Part shown: positions 29,274 through 39,232 of the stretch, in pieces
Position numbering within the stretch: the stretch's first letter is position 1
Layout: each line of letters opens with the position of its first letter
Source of the DNA: a virus
Length of the DNA: 64,000 bases
Strand: one strand, 5' to 3'
IMG/VR virus record: IMGVR_UViG_3300042893_000684
Location: 32,001 to 96,000 of that record
Translations under genes and position numbers: made by a program
The notes under the pieces: generated by a model
Database searches by the model: none
Seen by the model: only the letters and a program-made list of their open reading frames with translations
What the model was told of the DNA's origin: nothing

Positions 29274-30219
29274 AATAAGCTTAGTTGGAGAATATATCTT
29301 TTACGAAGACGGCAAAGAGATATGCCGTAATAAAAACCTAATAACTAAATTTGGTAAAAGATATTTAACACAGTATCTGGCTGGCCAATCAAATACAAAT
29401 TTAAAAGATATTGCAATTGGTATAGGTTCCACTGCGGCATCAGTAAATGACACACAACTGGGATTTGAATTTTATAGATCTCCAGTAACAATGAGTAGCA
29501 TTGACATACAAACTAGCTCAGTAACGGGAGTTAGCACATATGGTGTAGTTCACAAGACAACAATACCAGTAGATGTTGTAGGAGTTATTAATGAATTAGG
29601 TCTTTTCCCAACTGTATCTTTGTCAAGCACAGACTACGCAAGTAATTCTATTTCTACTTTTGAAGATAATCAAAGCTGGGTAGATTCAGGTGGGCTGTAC
29701 CCTACTGTATTAACAACACCAACTCCTAAAATTGGAACTTATTATTTGTCTATGAGTGCATCGGCCTCTGGAGTAAAACAATATTTTAACAATTTTAATA
29801 TAGACGTATCTGGATACAGCGCACTAGATAGCCTAACAATTGCATATCGTCAATCTGATTTAAACTTAGATTACGTATTTGTAAGAATGTATGACTCAAA
29901 CAATAACTACTATGAGATTAGATATGCAGGAGACGTATCAACAGGAGACAAGATTAAATCATTAACTTTAAACAATCTTTACAGCAGCGGCTACGGATCT
30001 GGCCTTCCAGATCAGACTTCTATTGTTAAAATTGGAGTAGGCGTAAAAGCAAAATCATCGGGAGCAACAACAGTTTTGTTTGATGGATTAAGAATTAATG
30101 ACGAAGATGCATTTAGAACAGACTACGGTCTTATTAGTAGATCGGTTTTAACTACTCCTATTGTAAAGACCTTTGGAAAACAAATGGTTATTGAATATAG
30201 AATTGGGTTAGATTTTTAA
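29263..30219 (+). CDS. Minor tail protein
   Basis: KNLITKFGK...IAIGIG...DTQLGFE...INELGLF fibre-anchor-like motifs. Confidence 0.65.
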   Translation: MDNRISLVGEYIFYEDGKEICRNKNLITKFGKRYLTQYLAGQSNTNLKDIAIGIGSTAASVNDTQLGFEFYRSPVTMSSIDIQTSSVTGVSTYGVVHKTTIPVDVVGVINELGLFPTVSLSSTDYASNSISTFEDNQSWVDSGGLYPTVLTTPTPKIGTYYLSMSASASGVKQYFNNFNIDVSGYSALDSLTIAYRQSDLNLDYVFVRMYDSNNNYYEIRYAGDVSTGDKIKSLTLNNLYSSGYGSGLPDQTSIVKIGVGVKAKSSGATTVLFDGLRINDEDAFRTDYGLISRSVLTTPIVKTFGKQMVIEYRIGLDF

Positions 30220-33200
30220 TGGGTGCTTACGATAGAGATGAAGTTGGTTATAGATTACCACCTGATTTAGAAATAACACCTACAGCAGCTGCTGCCTCTG
30301 CTGCCGTAGGTTCAAAAGATTCCTATACAAAAAAAATAAAGATTCCTCTTATAAAAAATAAAGAATATAGATTTTTCTTTACTTACTTGCATGAAGACCC
30401 AGAAACAAAAGAAATAAAAGAAAGCGACAGGTCTCCCGTATGGAAAGAAACTTTTACTATTCCAAATTTAACTAAGGCTGTAAAAAATTTAACATTAACT
30501 CCAGGATCACAATCTTACGGAGTTAAGTTTGATCTTGACCCTTTAAGTGAACAAGAAGATGTCGTTATATTTGAAAGCCTTACCAGTAATTTTGCTACAC
30601 AAACTATTGTTTATACAGGAACATCTACTAACGTTTCAATTCTTACAACAGGGCCAAACGCATTTGCGCCAAGATGGGTGAAGGTTAGATCCAGAGATAA
30701 ATGGGACGACTTAAATATATCAGAAGCCACTGCTGGACCAGTAACACCTTTTAGTGCAGATGTTGATACAACATATACTGTTGAAAACCCAGCTAGTTCT
30801 TCTGCATCCGCTTCTATTGATCCTAAAGATTTAAGCGGATTTAGTCTTGTTTCAACAATTAGCTGGGCGCAATCTACAAATGTTAAAACGGCGGGATATG
30901 CAATAAGATGGTCAACAGATAATCCAGCAACAGTAACAAATCCTTTATGGGAATACGCATCAGTAAGCGGAATAACAACAACCTCTTTTACCGCAACAGG
31001 ATTAATTCCAAACACAACATATTATTATCAAGTTGCATCAACAACACCATACGATGTCGTAAGTTGGACAGGTGCTGCAAGTGGAACATTTATTGCTTCA
31101 GATGCAGATGGAACAGCGGCAGGTGCATTAGCAAGACTTAAATCTTTTATAGCAATAGGCGGGGCATCGCAAGATCTATTTAAAATAGGAACAGGCATAT
31201 CTCAAAGTATTAATTTAAATACAGATCCGCTTGTAAGCCCAACATTAACTGCGGGAACCTATCATGGAATTATATTAAATAAATCAACTACCAACGTAGG
31301 TAATAACTTTTGGCTTACCACTGGTCAGTTTAGAGTTGGAAACCCAACAGAGTTTATGTACTGGAATGGAACAAACCTATATCTAACTGGAAATGTAAAT
31401 GCTACAGGCGGCAAGTTTACAGGTAATGTCCAGCTAGCGATCCCAGCTGGGGCAACTACAAGTGGTACTCTTTTTGCAGGCGCTAATCCAACATCGGGGG
31501 CAAGAGTAAGATTTAGTAGCGAGGGTATATTTGCATATGATGCTACAAGCACGGACAATGCAACGGGTCAAACATTTTCTTTAGTTCAATCAACAGGTAG
31601 ATTAAATGCCAATTTAGGTACAGTTGGCGGATGGACACTTGCAACAACAGGATTCTCATCAAGCAATACTAAAATTGAAAATGATGGAAACATCACGCTA
31701 GGAAATCAAGTAGGATCAATCTATCCAATAGTCAGACTTAGCGCAACCGATGATTTTAGATTGTGGGTTGGAAGCAACAGCTCTTCAACTGCTAAGTTTA
31801 GAGTTTCAAAAGAAGGTATTCTGTATGCTGAAGGAGCAGTAATAGGTCTAGGAGCAGGATCTACAATTGATGGATACGCAACAACAAGCTCTTTAAATAA
31901 TTACACTCTTACAACTACTACGACAGCAATTAATAGCAGGCTGCAAACCGTTGAAGGTGCTTATGTTACCAATACAACACTTAATACTAATATTGCTACA
32001 AAAAATGCTATCTTTGTTCAAGACGGTCAGCCTACGGCTACAAAAGTTGGAGATGTTTGGATAGATACTGATGAAGGAAATATCCTTAAGACTTGGACTG
32101 GGTCCACCTGGACTACCAGAACAAATTCAACATATGCTACAACAACAGCTTTAAATACAAAATTAGAAGCTGGGGGCTATGCAATTTCAACTGCTAGTAA
32201 TCAAATTACAAATATTACATCTAATGGAATTTTTATAACACCAGGAACATTTAAGATATCAAATACAAATGAAACGGCACCTACTACTGGGTCATATGTT
32301 TTATTAAACTCAGCAGGACTAACAGCCTACGATGGAACAAAAACAACTTTTGCAATATCATCATCTGGCAGCGCTTCCTTTTCTGGAAATCTAAGTGCAG
32401 CAGGTGGTACATTTGAAGGAAGATTATTTGTAAACAATGACACAGGATACATAGATACAGCAGGAACTAAATCAGTAAATGGAATAGGAGTAACAAGTCT
32501 TGTAGTAAAGGCTTTAGGATTCAGATCTACGGATGACTCTGGCTGGACAAGTACTTGCTACCCATGGACCGAAGGTCTATTTTCTTTAGGAAGCACTCAA
32601 TATTCTTGGTATAGGTTATATATGGAAGATGACGTATATTTTGCTAACGGAACAACTTATAAAATTGAACAAAATGGCGATGCCTTTCTGAATGGATATG
32701 CAGTTTCAGGAGGTTTTGGTGTATATAGTCACTGGGCTCCAAGATCTGATAATACTTATGACCTTGGAGGATGGTCTTTATCAAGCACTGGAATTCAGCA
32801 AAATAAAAGATGGAGACAGATTTATTCAAATAATTCAACAATTACAACATCTGACAGTAGATTAAAAACTGATATTTCTGATTCAGAGCTAGGACTAAAC
32901 TTTATAAATAAACTACGTCCAGTTACATACAAGTGGATAGAAGGGTCTAAGGAACCAGTTCTTGTAGATAAAGAAGTAAAGCACATAGGCATAGATGGCG
33001 TATCAGTTGAAAAAACAGATATCGTAAAAACCCAAAAAATTAGTGGGCAAGATGAAGACGGAAACGACATATATGAAACAGTATCTATTCCAGGAAAAAG
33101 AAGACACGCTGGTTTTCTAGCTCAAGAAGTAAAGCAAGTACTAGATGAGCTTGAAGTCGAAGATTTTGGCGGCTGGGTATCAGATAATATTGAGGATCCA

Positions 33201-33320
33201 GAAGCAATACAAAGTCTAAGATACGAGCAATTTGTAGCGCCTTTAACAAAGGCTGTACAAGAACTATCGGATATGGTAGAATCATTACAACAAGAAATAA
33301 ACATACTGAAGGGTATATAA
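30219..33320 (+). CDS. Tail fibre/spike with FN3 domain and C-terminal intramolecular chaperone (peptidase S74-like)
   Basis: TSDSRLKTDI...LRPVTYKW...GFLAQEV...LRYEQFVAPLTKAVQEL autocleaving chaperone motif. Confidence 0.85.
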   Translation: MGAYDRDEVGYRLPPDLEITPTAAAASAAVGSKDSYTKKIKIPLIKNKEYRFFFTYLHEDPETKEIKESDRSPVWKETFTIPNLTKAVKNLTLTPGSQSYGVKFDLDPLSEQEDVVIFESLTSNFATQTIVYTGTSTNVSILTTGPNAFAPRWVKVRSRDKWDDLNISEATAGPVTPFSADVDTTYTVENPASSSASASIDPKDLSGFSLVSTISWAQSTNVKTAGYAIRWSTDNPATVTNPLWEYASVSGITTTSFTATGLIPNTTYYYQVASTTPYDVVSWTGAASGTFIASDADGTAAGALARLKSFIAIGGASQDLFKIGTGISQSINLNTDPLVSPTLTAGTYHGIILNKSTTNVGNNFWLTTGQFRVGNPTEFMYWNGTNLYLTGNVNATGGKFTGNVQLAIPAGATTSGTLFAGANPTSGARVRFSSEGIFAYDATSTDNATGQTFSLVQSTGRLNANLGTVGGWTLATTGFSSSNTKIENDGNITLGNQVGSIYPIVRLSATDDFRLWVGSNSSSTAKFRVSKEGILYAEGAVIGLGAGSTIDGYATTSSLNNYTLTTTTTAINSRLQTVEGAYVTNTTLNTNIATKNAIFVQDGQPTATKVGDVWIDTDEGNILKTWTGSTWTTRTNSTYATTTALNTKLEAGGYAISTASNQITNITSNGIFITPGTFKISNTNETAPTTGSYVLLNSAGLTAYDGTKTTFAISSSGSASFSGNLSAAGGTFEGRLFVNNDTGYIDTAGTKSVNGIGVTSLVVKALGFRSTDDSGWTSTCYPWTEGLFSLGSTQYSWYRLYMEDDVYFANGTTYKIEQNGDAFLNGYAVSGGFGVYSHWAPRSDNTYDLGGWSLSSTGIQQNKRWRQIYSNNSTITTSDSRLKTDISDSELGLNFINKLRPVTYKWIEGSKEPVLVDKEVKHIGIDGVSVEKTDIVKTQKISGQDEDGNDIYETVSIPGKRRHAGFLAQEVKQVLDELEVEDFGGWVSDNIEDPEAIQSLRYEQFVAPLTKAVQELSDMVESLQQEINILKGI

Positions 33321-33478
33321 TGGAAAAAGTAGAACTAGTAGTTCAAGCATTGCAACAGCGTATCGGTGAGATAGTCTCACAATATGAGACGCATATAGCA
33401 ATTCTTCGTGCTGAAATTACAGAGCTGACTGATAAAAATAAATCACAGGAAGTTCCATCGGAACAACCAAAGGGGTAA
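33320..33478 (+). CDS. 52-aa coiled-coil protein (not in ORF track)
   Basis: MEKVELVVQALQQRIGE...; TAATG-coupled to the upstream gene. Confidence 0.65.
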   Translation: MEKVELVVQALQQRIGEIVSQYETHIAILRAEITELTDKNKSQEVPSEQPKG

Positions 33479-33481
33479 TAT

Positions 33482-33925
33482 ATGGCAATTTTAAAATCAA
33501 CTAATGTTAATTCTGGAGATCCAGTAACTTATGATATTATCAATAATATTATATTAGATCTAAATGAATTAAACAAAGCAACTGCAGCTAAATTTAATTT
33601 AAACTTAACTCAGACAGGCGGCAAAGATGGCAAAGATGCAGTATCTCAAACTATTTATAGCACAACAAAATTAGTTAAAATAAAAGCAAAAACTGCTGGA
33701 GGATCAGGAGCAACCTGGGACTTTTCAAAAGCAGGATTTACTAACCCGCCCAGATGCTGGGTTCAGGCCAGAAGCTCTGCCTCATTAAAAGCTTCTCAAC
33801 TTAATTTTACAACCATCATTACAAATGTTAGTACTACAAGCATGACCTTCAAAGTAAGAGGCCCAGGCGGTACAGCACAAACTGATGCAGATATTGAGTT
33901 TGATTGCTTCGCAGTCGAAGCATAA
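33482..33925 (+). CDS. Minor tail/fibre-associated protein
   Basis: 147 aa, last gene of the tail module; F..PP motif in a beta-rich C-terminus. Confidence 0.55.
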   Translation: MAILKSTNVNSGDPVTYDIINNIILDLNELNKATAAKFNLNLTQTGGKDGKDAVSQTIYSTTKLVKIKAKTAGGSGATWDFSKAGFTNPPRCWVQARSSASLKASQLNFTTIITNVSTTSMTFKVRGPGGTAQTDADIEFDCFAVEA

Positions 33926-33929
33926 CCTG

Positions 33930-33957
33930 TTGACAAGATAAACCAATATGTTACAAT
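33930..33957 (+). promoter_or_regulatory. Sigma70/SigA-like promoter TTGACA-16-TACAAT (with TG)
   Basis: Located at the boundary between structural and replication modules. Confidence 0.55.
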
Positions 33958-33969
33958 TACTGTAACACC

Positions 33970-33994
33970 AAAGTCACGTACCCGTGACTTTTTT
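33970..33994 (+). terminator. Terminator-like hairpin
   Basis: AAAGTCACG-TACC-CGTGACTTT followed by TTT. Confidence 0.65.
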
Positions 33995-34011
33995 ACATAT
34001 TAAGGTAGACA

Positions 34012-34812
34012 ATGAGTAACGATTTAAAATGGATGATCTCATCCGACCAGCAATTCCCGTATCAAGATGACAAGATGATTGCCCTTTGGTTTAAGGTAAT
34101 GAAGTGGTTTAAGCCTGACGTTGTTGACTACCTCGGTGATACAGATGATCAAGCATGCTATAGCAAGTACACAGAAGGACGCTCAGCAGAGTTCTTGAAC
34201 CTTCATAAGACTGACAGTCGAGATCTTATTGTTCCAATGATGCGCCATGAAGCAAAAGGTGCAAGAGATTTTTATACTAAGACAAGAGAGATGTTGCCAG
34301 AAGCGCAACTATTTTCAGCACTAGGAAACCACGACGTTAGAATTTTTAACTACGTAGATGCAAAACTTCCTGACTATATTAATGAGGTTACTCCAGAAGC
34401 TCTTTGGGGATTAGACTCTTTAGGCTATGAATATATTCACTATAACGAACTACCTAAGCGCCGATTCGGAGATATCCATGTACACCACGGACTATCAATT
34501 GCAGCAACTGGTTCCGTTCGCAAGGACATGGAAGACCTACAGGTATCTTTAATTAGAGGTCACTCACACAGAATTGCATCACACCTAGTTACTTATGAGT
34601 TAAGAAACGGCGGAGAAGGTGAAACACTTCGAGGCTACGAACTAGGACATATGTGTGATGAAAAGGGCCCAGGAATGAAGTACATGCAGCACCACGACTG
34701 GCAAAAAGGATTTGCTATCGCTCACATTGTCAACGATTATCCACATATACAGATGATCCACGTGGCGCCTGATTACTCATGCGTTGTTGACGGGAAGCTG
34801 TTTACCTTATAA
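34012..34812 (+). CDS. Calcineurin-like metallophosphoesterase
   Basis: SDQQ, LGDTDD, GNHD, HHG, GHSH motifs. Confidence 0.88.
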   Translation: MSNDLKWMISSDQQFPYQDDKMIALWFKVMKWFKPDVVDYLGDTDDQACYSKYTEGRSAEFLNLHKTDSRDLIVPMMRHEAKGARDFYTKTREMLPEAQLFSALGNHDVRIFNYVDAKLPDYINEVTPEALWGLDSLGYEYIHYNELPKRRFGDIHVHHGLSIAATGSVRKDMEDLQVSLIRGHSHRIASHLVTYELRNGGEGETLRGYELGHMCDEKGPGMKYMQHHDWQKGFAIAHIVNDYPHIQMIHVAPDYSCVVDGKLFTL

Positions 34813-34997
34813 TGTGGTGCGGAAAATGTGGTGGTAGAGTTTTTGTAGACAGAGTATTCTCACAAAAACTACACGTAGAGTTGTTCTGCATTCTATGCGG
34901 GAAAAGAAATATGATTAATAAAGAGACGAGTGCTTTCGGGAAATGGCTAGAAAAAAGAGAGACGTTAAACGCAAAAAACTACGGTATTTCTTCTTAA
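34812..34997 (+). CDS. Zinc-ribbon microprotein
   Basis: CGKCGG...CILCG. Confidence 0.7.
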   Translation: MWCGKCGGRVFVDRVFSQKLHVELFCILCGKRNMINKETSAFGKWLEKRETLNAKNYGISS

Positions 34998-35425
34998 ACG
35001 ATAAAGTACATAAGGTTTTGAGATCATCAAGGTCTAAAGATGAATTAGTTGCTTGGTGCTACCCTGATCGCAAAAGAGTCATGTATTCGCATTCTCAGGT
35101 TGAAAAACATATGGAGAATGCCTACACAATGAAAGATGTTTCTGGGCTTTTAAATAAGCACACAGTAACTATTCACGATTATATTTTAGAAGGAAAGATT
35201 AAAGCTCCTTCAAAGATATACCCTATCGGAGATCCAGAAAATAAACATTGGTCTAAGTATATGTTTAGCCAAAAAGATATCTTAGGCTTACATGAGTTTA
35301 TATTAGACTCAGGGCATTCTAAAAACTTGCCATCAAAGGCAGAACTGCTGGGTCTTTTCAAACACAACATTATATTGTATACTAAGACTGACTCGGGATT
35401 CGTACCAGTATGGAAGGCGGAGTAA
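34943..35425 (+). CDS. Putative DNA-binding protein (MerR/excisionase-like HTH)
   Basis: YTMKDVSGLLNKHTVTIHDYILEGKI. Confidence 0.65.
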   Translation: MARKKRDVKRKKLRYFFLNDKVHKVLRSSRSKDELVAWCYPDRKRVMYSHSQVEKHMENAYTMKDVSGLLNKHTVTIHDYILEGKIKAPSKIYPIGDPENKHWSKYMFSQKDILGLHEFILDSGHSKNLPSKAELLGLFKHNIILYTKTDSGFVPVWKAE

Positions 35426-35529
35426 TGAATAGAAGCGTTACTTGTCCTACTTGTGGAAAAGAATGGGAATTGCGATGGGGCATATTCGCCCATGATAGTT
35501 TATCTAGACATATGAAGGAGCACAAGTGA
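35425..35529 (+). CDS. 34-aa C2H2 zinc-finger-like microprotein (not in ORF track)
   Basis: MNRSVTCPTCGKEWELRWGIFAHDSLSRHMKEHK; coupled to both neighbours. Confidence 0.65.
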   Translation: MNRSVTCPTCGKEWELRWGIFAHDSLSRHMKEHK

Positions 35530-35729
35530 CAACTAGAGTTAAGGTGGACCTCTCGTTCACACGTAATTTAGGTAACTATGAAAGCATTAAGATAGGTGTT
35601 GGTGTTGAAGACGATCTTCGTTCTGGAGAAAGTGTTGATGCGGCAACAGAAAGAGTTTATAAGTTTGTCGAAGATAAGCTTATTCAAAAAACTCGTGAGG
35701 TAGAAGAAGAGCTCAAGAGTGGCAAATGA
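35526..35729 (+). CDS. Hypothetical protein
   Basis: AAGGAG RBS, GTG start, TRNLGNYESIKI motif. Confidence 0.7.
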   Translation: MTTRVKVDLSFTRNLGNYESIKIGVGVEDDLRSGESVDAATERVYKFVEDKLIQKTREVEEELKSGK

Positions 35730-36036
35730 AAAAGAGCCATACGTACTGATTGGACTTTACCTGTCTCTATACAAAGAGAAGTATAACAAGGCGCTTACTG
35801 TAAACAAGTTTAGAGAGAAGTGGGCTATGAACGATGTCATAGAGAGTGTTGGATTCCAACGTGCTCAAGAACTTTTGATATACTATTTTTCTACCAACAA
35901 GACTGGGCACCCATTAAATTTCTTCTATAACAACTTTGACAGAATTGATGCATTAAATAAAGAAATTAAGAAGGACAAGTTTAACCGTAGCATTCTTTTG
36001 AATGAGACTAAGAAGATGGTGGAGGGCGAAGAGTGA
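35719..36036 (+). CDS. Hypothetical protein upstream of helicase (possible loader)
   Basis: Coupled to dnaB; function inferred from position only. Confidence 0.55.
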   Translation: MANEKEPYVLIGLYLSLYKEKYNKALTVNKFREKWAMNDVIESVGFQRAQELLIYYFSTNKTGHPLNFFYNNFDRIDALNKEIKKDKFNRSILLNETKKMVEGEE

Positions 36037-37301
36037 ATACAGAAGCAACATTAATCTCTGCTGTATGTAAGAATAAAGATATTAGCACACTACTGGCAGA
36101 CAACGTAGATGATCTGTTTACATCGCATAGAGATATCTGGGAAAGCCTAAAGTCATACTACTATAAGTTTAAAGCAGTTCCTGAAGCAGGCGTTCTTATG
36201 GAACGACACAAAGACTTTGAGCCAGTAGAAGCAAAGGCAGAAACTGGCTACTACCTAGACATACTAAAGAATGAGTTTATATCTAACAAGCTTAAGACAA
36301 TTATTTTGCGTGGAGGCTCGGCCTTAAAAGAAGATGCAGCATCAAGAGTTCTTGCACAAATGCAGAGCGACCTTGCTGGACTAAGCCGATACACAAACAA
36401 CGTAAGAGACTTAGATATTATTGATGTTGAAAATGCTGCACGACATTATCAGGCAGTTAAAGAACGTTCATCTGTAATGGGCGGTGCACCAGGAATCCTT
36501 ACAGGGTTTGAGGCAATTGATAAAGCATATCCAACAGGTATGGCACCAGGACATTTAATTGTAGCAATTGGTTGGCCAGGAAAAGGTAAGACTTGGTTTA
36601 CTGCTTACCTTGCATGCAAGGCATGGGAGCAAGGCTTTAAGCCAATGATTGTATCTCTTGAAATGTCTCCAGAGAATATGCGTGACCGTATCTTTACGAT
36701 GCTTGGCTCAGGAATATTCCGTGCAAGTGATTTGTCAAAGGGCGACATTAACATTGATGATTTCCGTAACTGGGGAAACAAGAAGTTTGAGGGAAAGAAT
36801 AGTTTTGTTCTCATCTCAAATGAAGGTGCATCAGAAGTTACTCCCGCAACCATTCAAGGCAAGATAGATCAGCATAAACCAGATTTAGTTATCCTAGATT
36901 ACCACCAGCTATTTAATGATAACAAGCGATCTAACTCTGAAGTAGAAAGAAATAGAAACGTTTCTCGTGAGTTTAAGATGCTTGCAGTTTCTAATAACAT
37001 TCCTATTATTGATATCACCGCTGCAACTGCAGACGATATCTCTGATCAAGATAATCCGCCAATGATGAGCCAAGTTGCTTGGTCAAAGGCAATTGAGTAT
37101 GATGCTGATATGGCTCTAGCCGTTCACAGATACCCACAAACTAATATGATTGAGATTGTTTCTCGCAAGAATAGACACGGTCACGATTTTAATTTCTATC
37201 TAGACTGGGATATCAACCGTGGTATCGTCAAGGAAATTTACGAGAATCCATTCCAAAAAGATGAACCACAAACAGATAAAAAGATTTCAAGTAAGGGTTG
37301 A
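36033..37301 (+). CDS. dnaB: DnaB-like replicative helicase
   Basis: Walker A GWPGKGKT, SLEMS, ILDYHQL, IEYDAD, KNRHG. Confidence 0.93.
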   Translation: MNTEATLISAVCKNKDISTLLADNVDDLFTSHRDIWESLKSYYYKFKAVPEAGVLMERHKDFEPVEAKAETGYYLDILKNEFISNKLKTIILRGGSALKEDAASRVLAQMQSDLAGLSRYTNNVRDLDIIDVENAARHYQAVKERSSVMGGAPGILTGFEAIDKAYPTGMAPGHLIVAIGWPGKGKTWFTAYLACKAWEQGFKPMIVSLEMSPENMRDRIFTMLGSGIFRASDLSKGDINIDDFRNWGNKKFEGKNSFVLISNEGASEVTPATIQGKIDQHKPDLVILDYHQLFNDNKRSNSEVERNRNVSREFKMLAVSNNIPIIDITAATADDISDQDNPPMMSQVAWSKAIEYDADMALAVHRYPQTNMIEIVSRKNRHGHDFNFYLDWDINRGIVKEIYENPFQKDEPQTDKKISSKG

Positions 37302-37560
37302 GTTTGCTGACGACTCTGGTATACCTAGATTAAAATACCAGTACGAAAGCATGCTTACTCACGATATGAGAAGCAAAGGTTATGCTAGAGTCCTTGACAT
37401 AGACACTAGTTTCTCGGTAGAATTTGACGGACAAACGTGGGTGTTCTTAATGACACTCTACGGAGTATACGTAGGAAAGAAGAAGGCATGGCTATCAGAG
37501 GGTATAACGCAAGGAAAATTGATTCCACGCAATATGCGCCCAACCATATCAAGTCGGTAG
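37261..37560 (+). CDS. Hypothetical protein overlapping helicase and primase
   Basis: Probable start MNHKQ at 37261; open to 37560. Confidence 0.6.
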   Translation: MNHKQIKRFQVRVEFADDSGIPRLKYQYESMLTHDMRSKGYARVLDIDTSFSVEFDGQTWVFLMTLYGVYVGKKKAWLSEGITQGKLIPRNMRPTISSR

Positions 37561-38486
37561 TAAAAGCTTTAGGCTTAGATGTAGTTGCGGAACCAGGCAA
37601 TGAGGTTATGTTCTACTGCCCTTTTCATTCCAATAGACACACTGCAAGCTGTTGCATAAACAAATCATCAGGTGCATGGCTATGCTTTAATCCATCATGC
37701 GGAGAGTCTGGAACATTAACTGAGTTAGTTAGACGTGTGCTACACAAGAATGACTTTGAAGCAATTAGATTTATTGCAACACAAGAGCAAGCCGCTCTTA
37801 ATAATTTTGATGAGATTATGGCAAATATGTTTGAAGAAAAGCCAGACTTCGAAGAGTTTTCCCAAGAAACTTTAGATAGACTTCATACAGATCTTTTAGC
37901 AAGCCAAAGCGCAAAAGACTATCTTAAATCAAGAAGTATTAATGAGGATTCTATGAACCATTTTGGATTAGGATACTCTACTTCAATGAATATGGTTATT
38001 ACTCCTGTGCATAGTCCAGACGGAACACCGATAGGTTTAGTGGGAAGATCAATCGAGGGCAAGTCATTTAAAAATAGTACCAACCTGCCTAAGAGCAAAA
38101 CATTATTTAACGTTCATCGTGCAAAGAAAATTGGTGAGAATGTTATTGTAGTTGAATCCAACTTTGATGCAATTAGAATACATCAAGCTGGGTTTCCAAA
38201 TGTGGTGGCCGTCCTTGGTGGTATATTATCAACAGAACAGCAAAAGCTTTTAAATAGATATTTTAATAAAATAACTGTAATGACAGACGCAGATTTGGCT
38301 GGCAGAGAGCTAGGATTGAGCATAGCCAATAGATTAAAAAATAAAGACCTCTTGTGGGCTTCCTATGAATATGGTAAGATATATCCACATGATGCAAAAG
38401 ATGCTGGCGACATGACCGATGAGGAAATAAAGACCTGCATTAAAAATTCTGTATCCGACATCGAATACAGATCCTGGAACTCGTGA
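37488..38486 (+). CDS. dnaG: DNA primase (CHC2 zinc finger + TOPRIM)
   Basis: CPFH...C..SC zinc finger; VVESNFDA, DADLAG, KDAGD. Start refined from 37437. Confidence 0.92.
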   Translation: MAIRGYNARKIDSTQYAPNHIKSVVKALGLDVVAEPGNEVMFYCPFHSNRHTASCCINKSSGAWLCFNPSCGESGTLTELVRRVLHKNDFEAIRFIATQEQAALNNFDEIMANMFEEKPDFEEFSQETLDRLHTDLLASQSAKDYLKSRSINEDSMNHFGLGYSTSMNMVITPVHSPDGTPIGLVGRSIEGKSFKNSTNLPKSKTLFNVHRAKKIGENVIVVESNFDAIRIHQAGFPNVVAVLGGILSTEQQKLLNRYFNKITVMTDADLAGRELGLSIANRLKNKDLLWASYEYGKIYPHDAKDAGDMTDEEIKTCIKNSVSDIEYRSWNS

Positions 38487-38540
38487 TATAATAAAAATAC
38501 AGATGGATATATACCATCAACTACAAACAAGGAGATACAT

Positions 38541-39209
38541 ATGAGTATAGTAAAGGGTCTAAAGGACCTAAACAAAGCACTCGATAAGCCGTCATATTCT
38601 GGCGGAGACGAAAACAAAGGCCGTTGGCTAAAAGTTGAAGACGGCGAAAGCGTAAAGATTAGATTCCTCCAGGAACTTGATCCAGATTCACCAACATATA
38701 ATGACAAGCTTGGTTGCGGATTTATCGCATTAGAGCACACTAACCCAAAGGATTATCGTCGCAAGGCTCTAGACACAATGGAGTCAGAGGGACGTGACTG
38801 GGCAAACGAACAACATCGCAAGGATCCAAAGGCTGGCTGGAAGGCCAGGACCCGCCTATATATCAACGTCTTGGTAGACGATGGTAAAGAAGAGCCATAT
38901 GTTGCAATTCTTTCACAAGGTACAAGCGGTAAAACAATTACACCTACCTTAATTGAATACGCTGGCGAGATGGGAAGCATCACTAACTTGATGTGGAGAA
39001 TTAAGCGCAATGGTTCAAAGACAGACACAAGTTATACAATTATTCCATTGGCAAAAGACGAAACACCATTTGATTTCACTGCGCTGGAATTGTATGACCT
39101 AGAAAAAACAGCAGTACGCCACGTAACATATGCAGAGCAAGAAGCTTTCTATATGGGCGAAGGTGGAAATAATGAAGAGTCTACTTCTTCAAGTAGCATA
39201 GACTGGTAA
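38541..39209 (+). CDS. Single-stranded DNA-binding protein
   Basis: Between primase and polymerase; KIRFL...KRNG...DTSY; acidic tail ending in IDW. Confidence 0.7.
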   Translation: MSIVKGLKDLNKALDKPSYSGGDENKGRWLKVEDGESVKIRFLQELDPDSPTYNDKLGCGFIALEHTNPKDYRRKALDTMESEGRDWANEQHRKDPKAGWKARTRLYINVLVDDGKEEPYVAILSQGTSGKTITPTLIEYAGEMGSITNLMWRIKRNGSKTDTSYTIIPLAKDETPFDFTALELYDLEKTAVRHVTYAEQEAFYMGEGGNNEESTSSSSIDW

Positions 39210-39232
39210 TAGGTTAAGAGGCGGAGAGTTAA

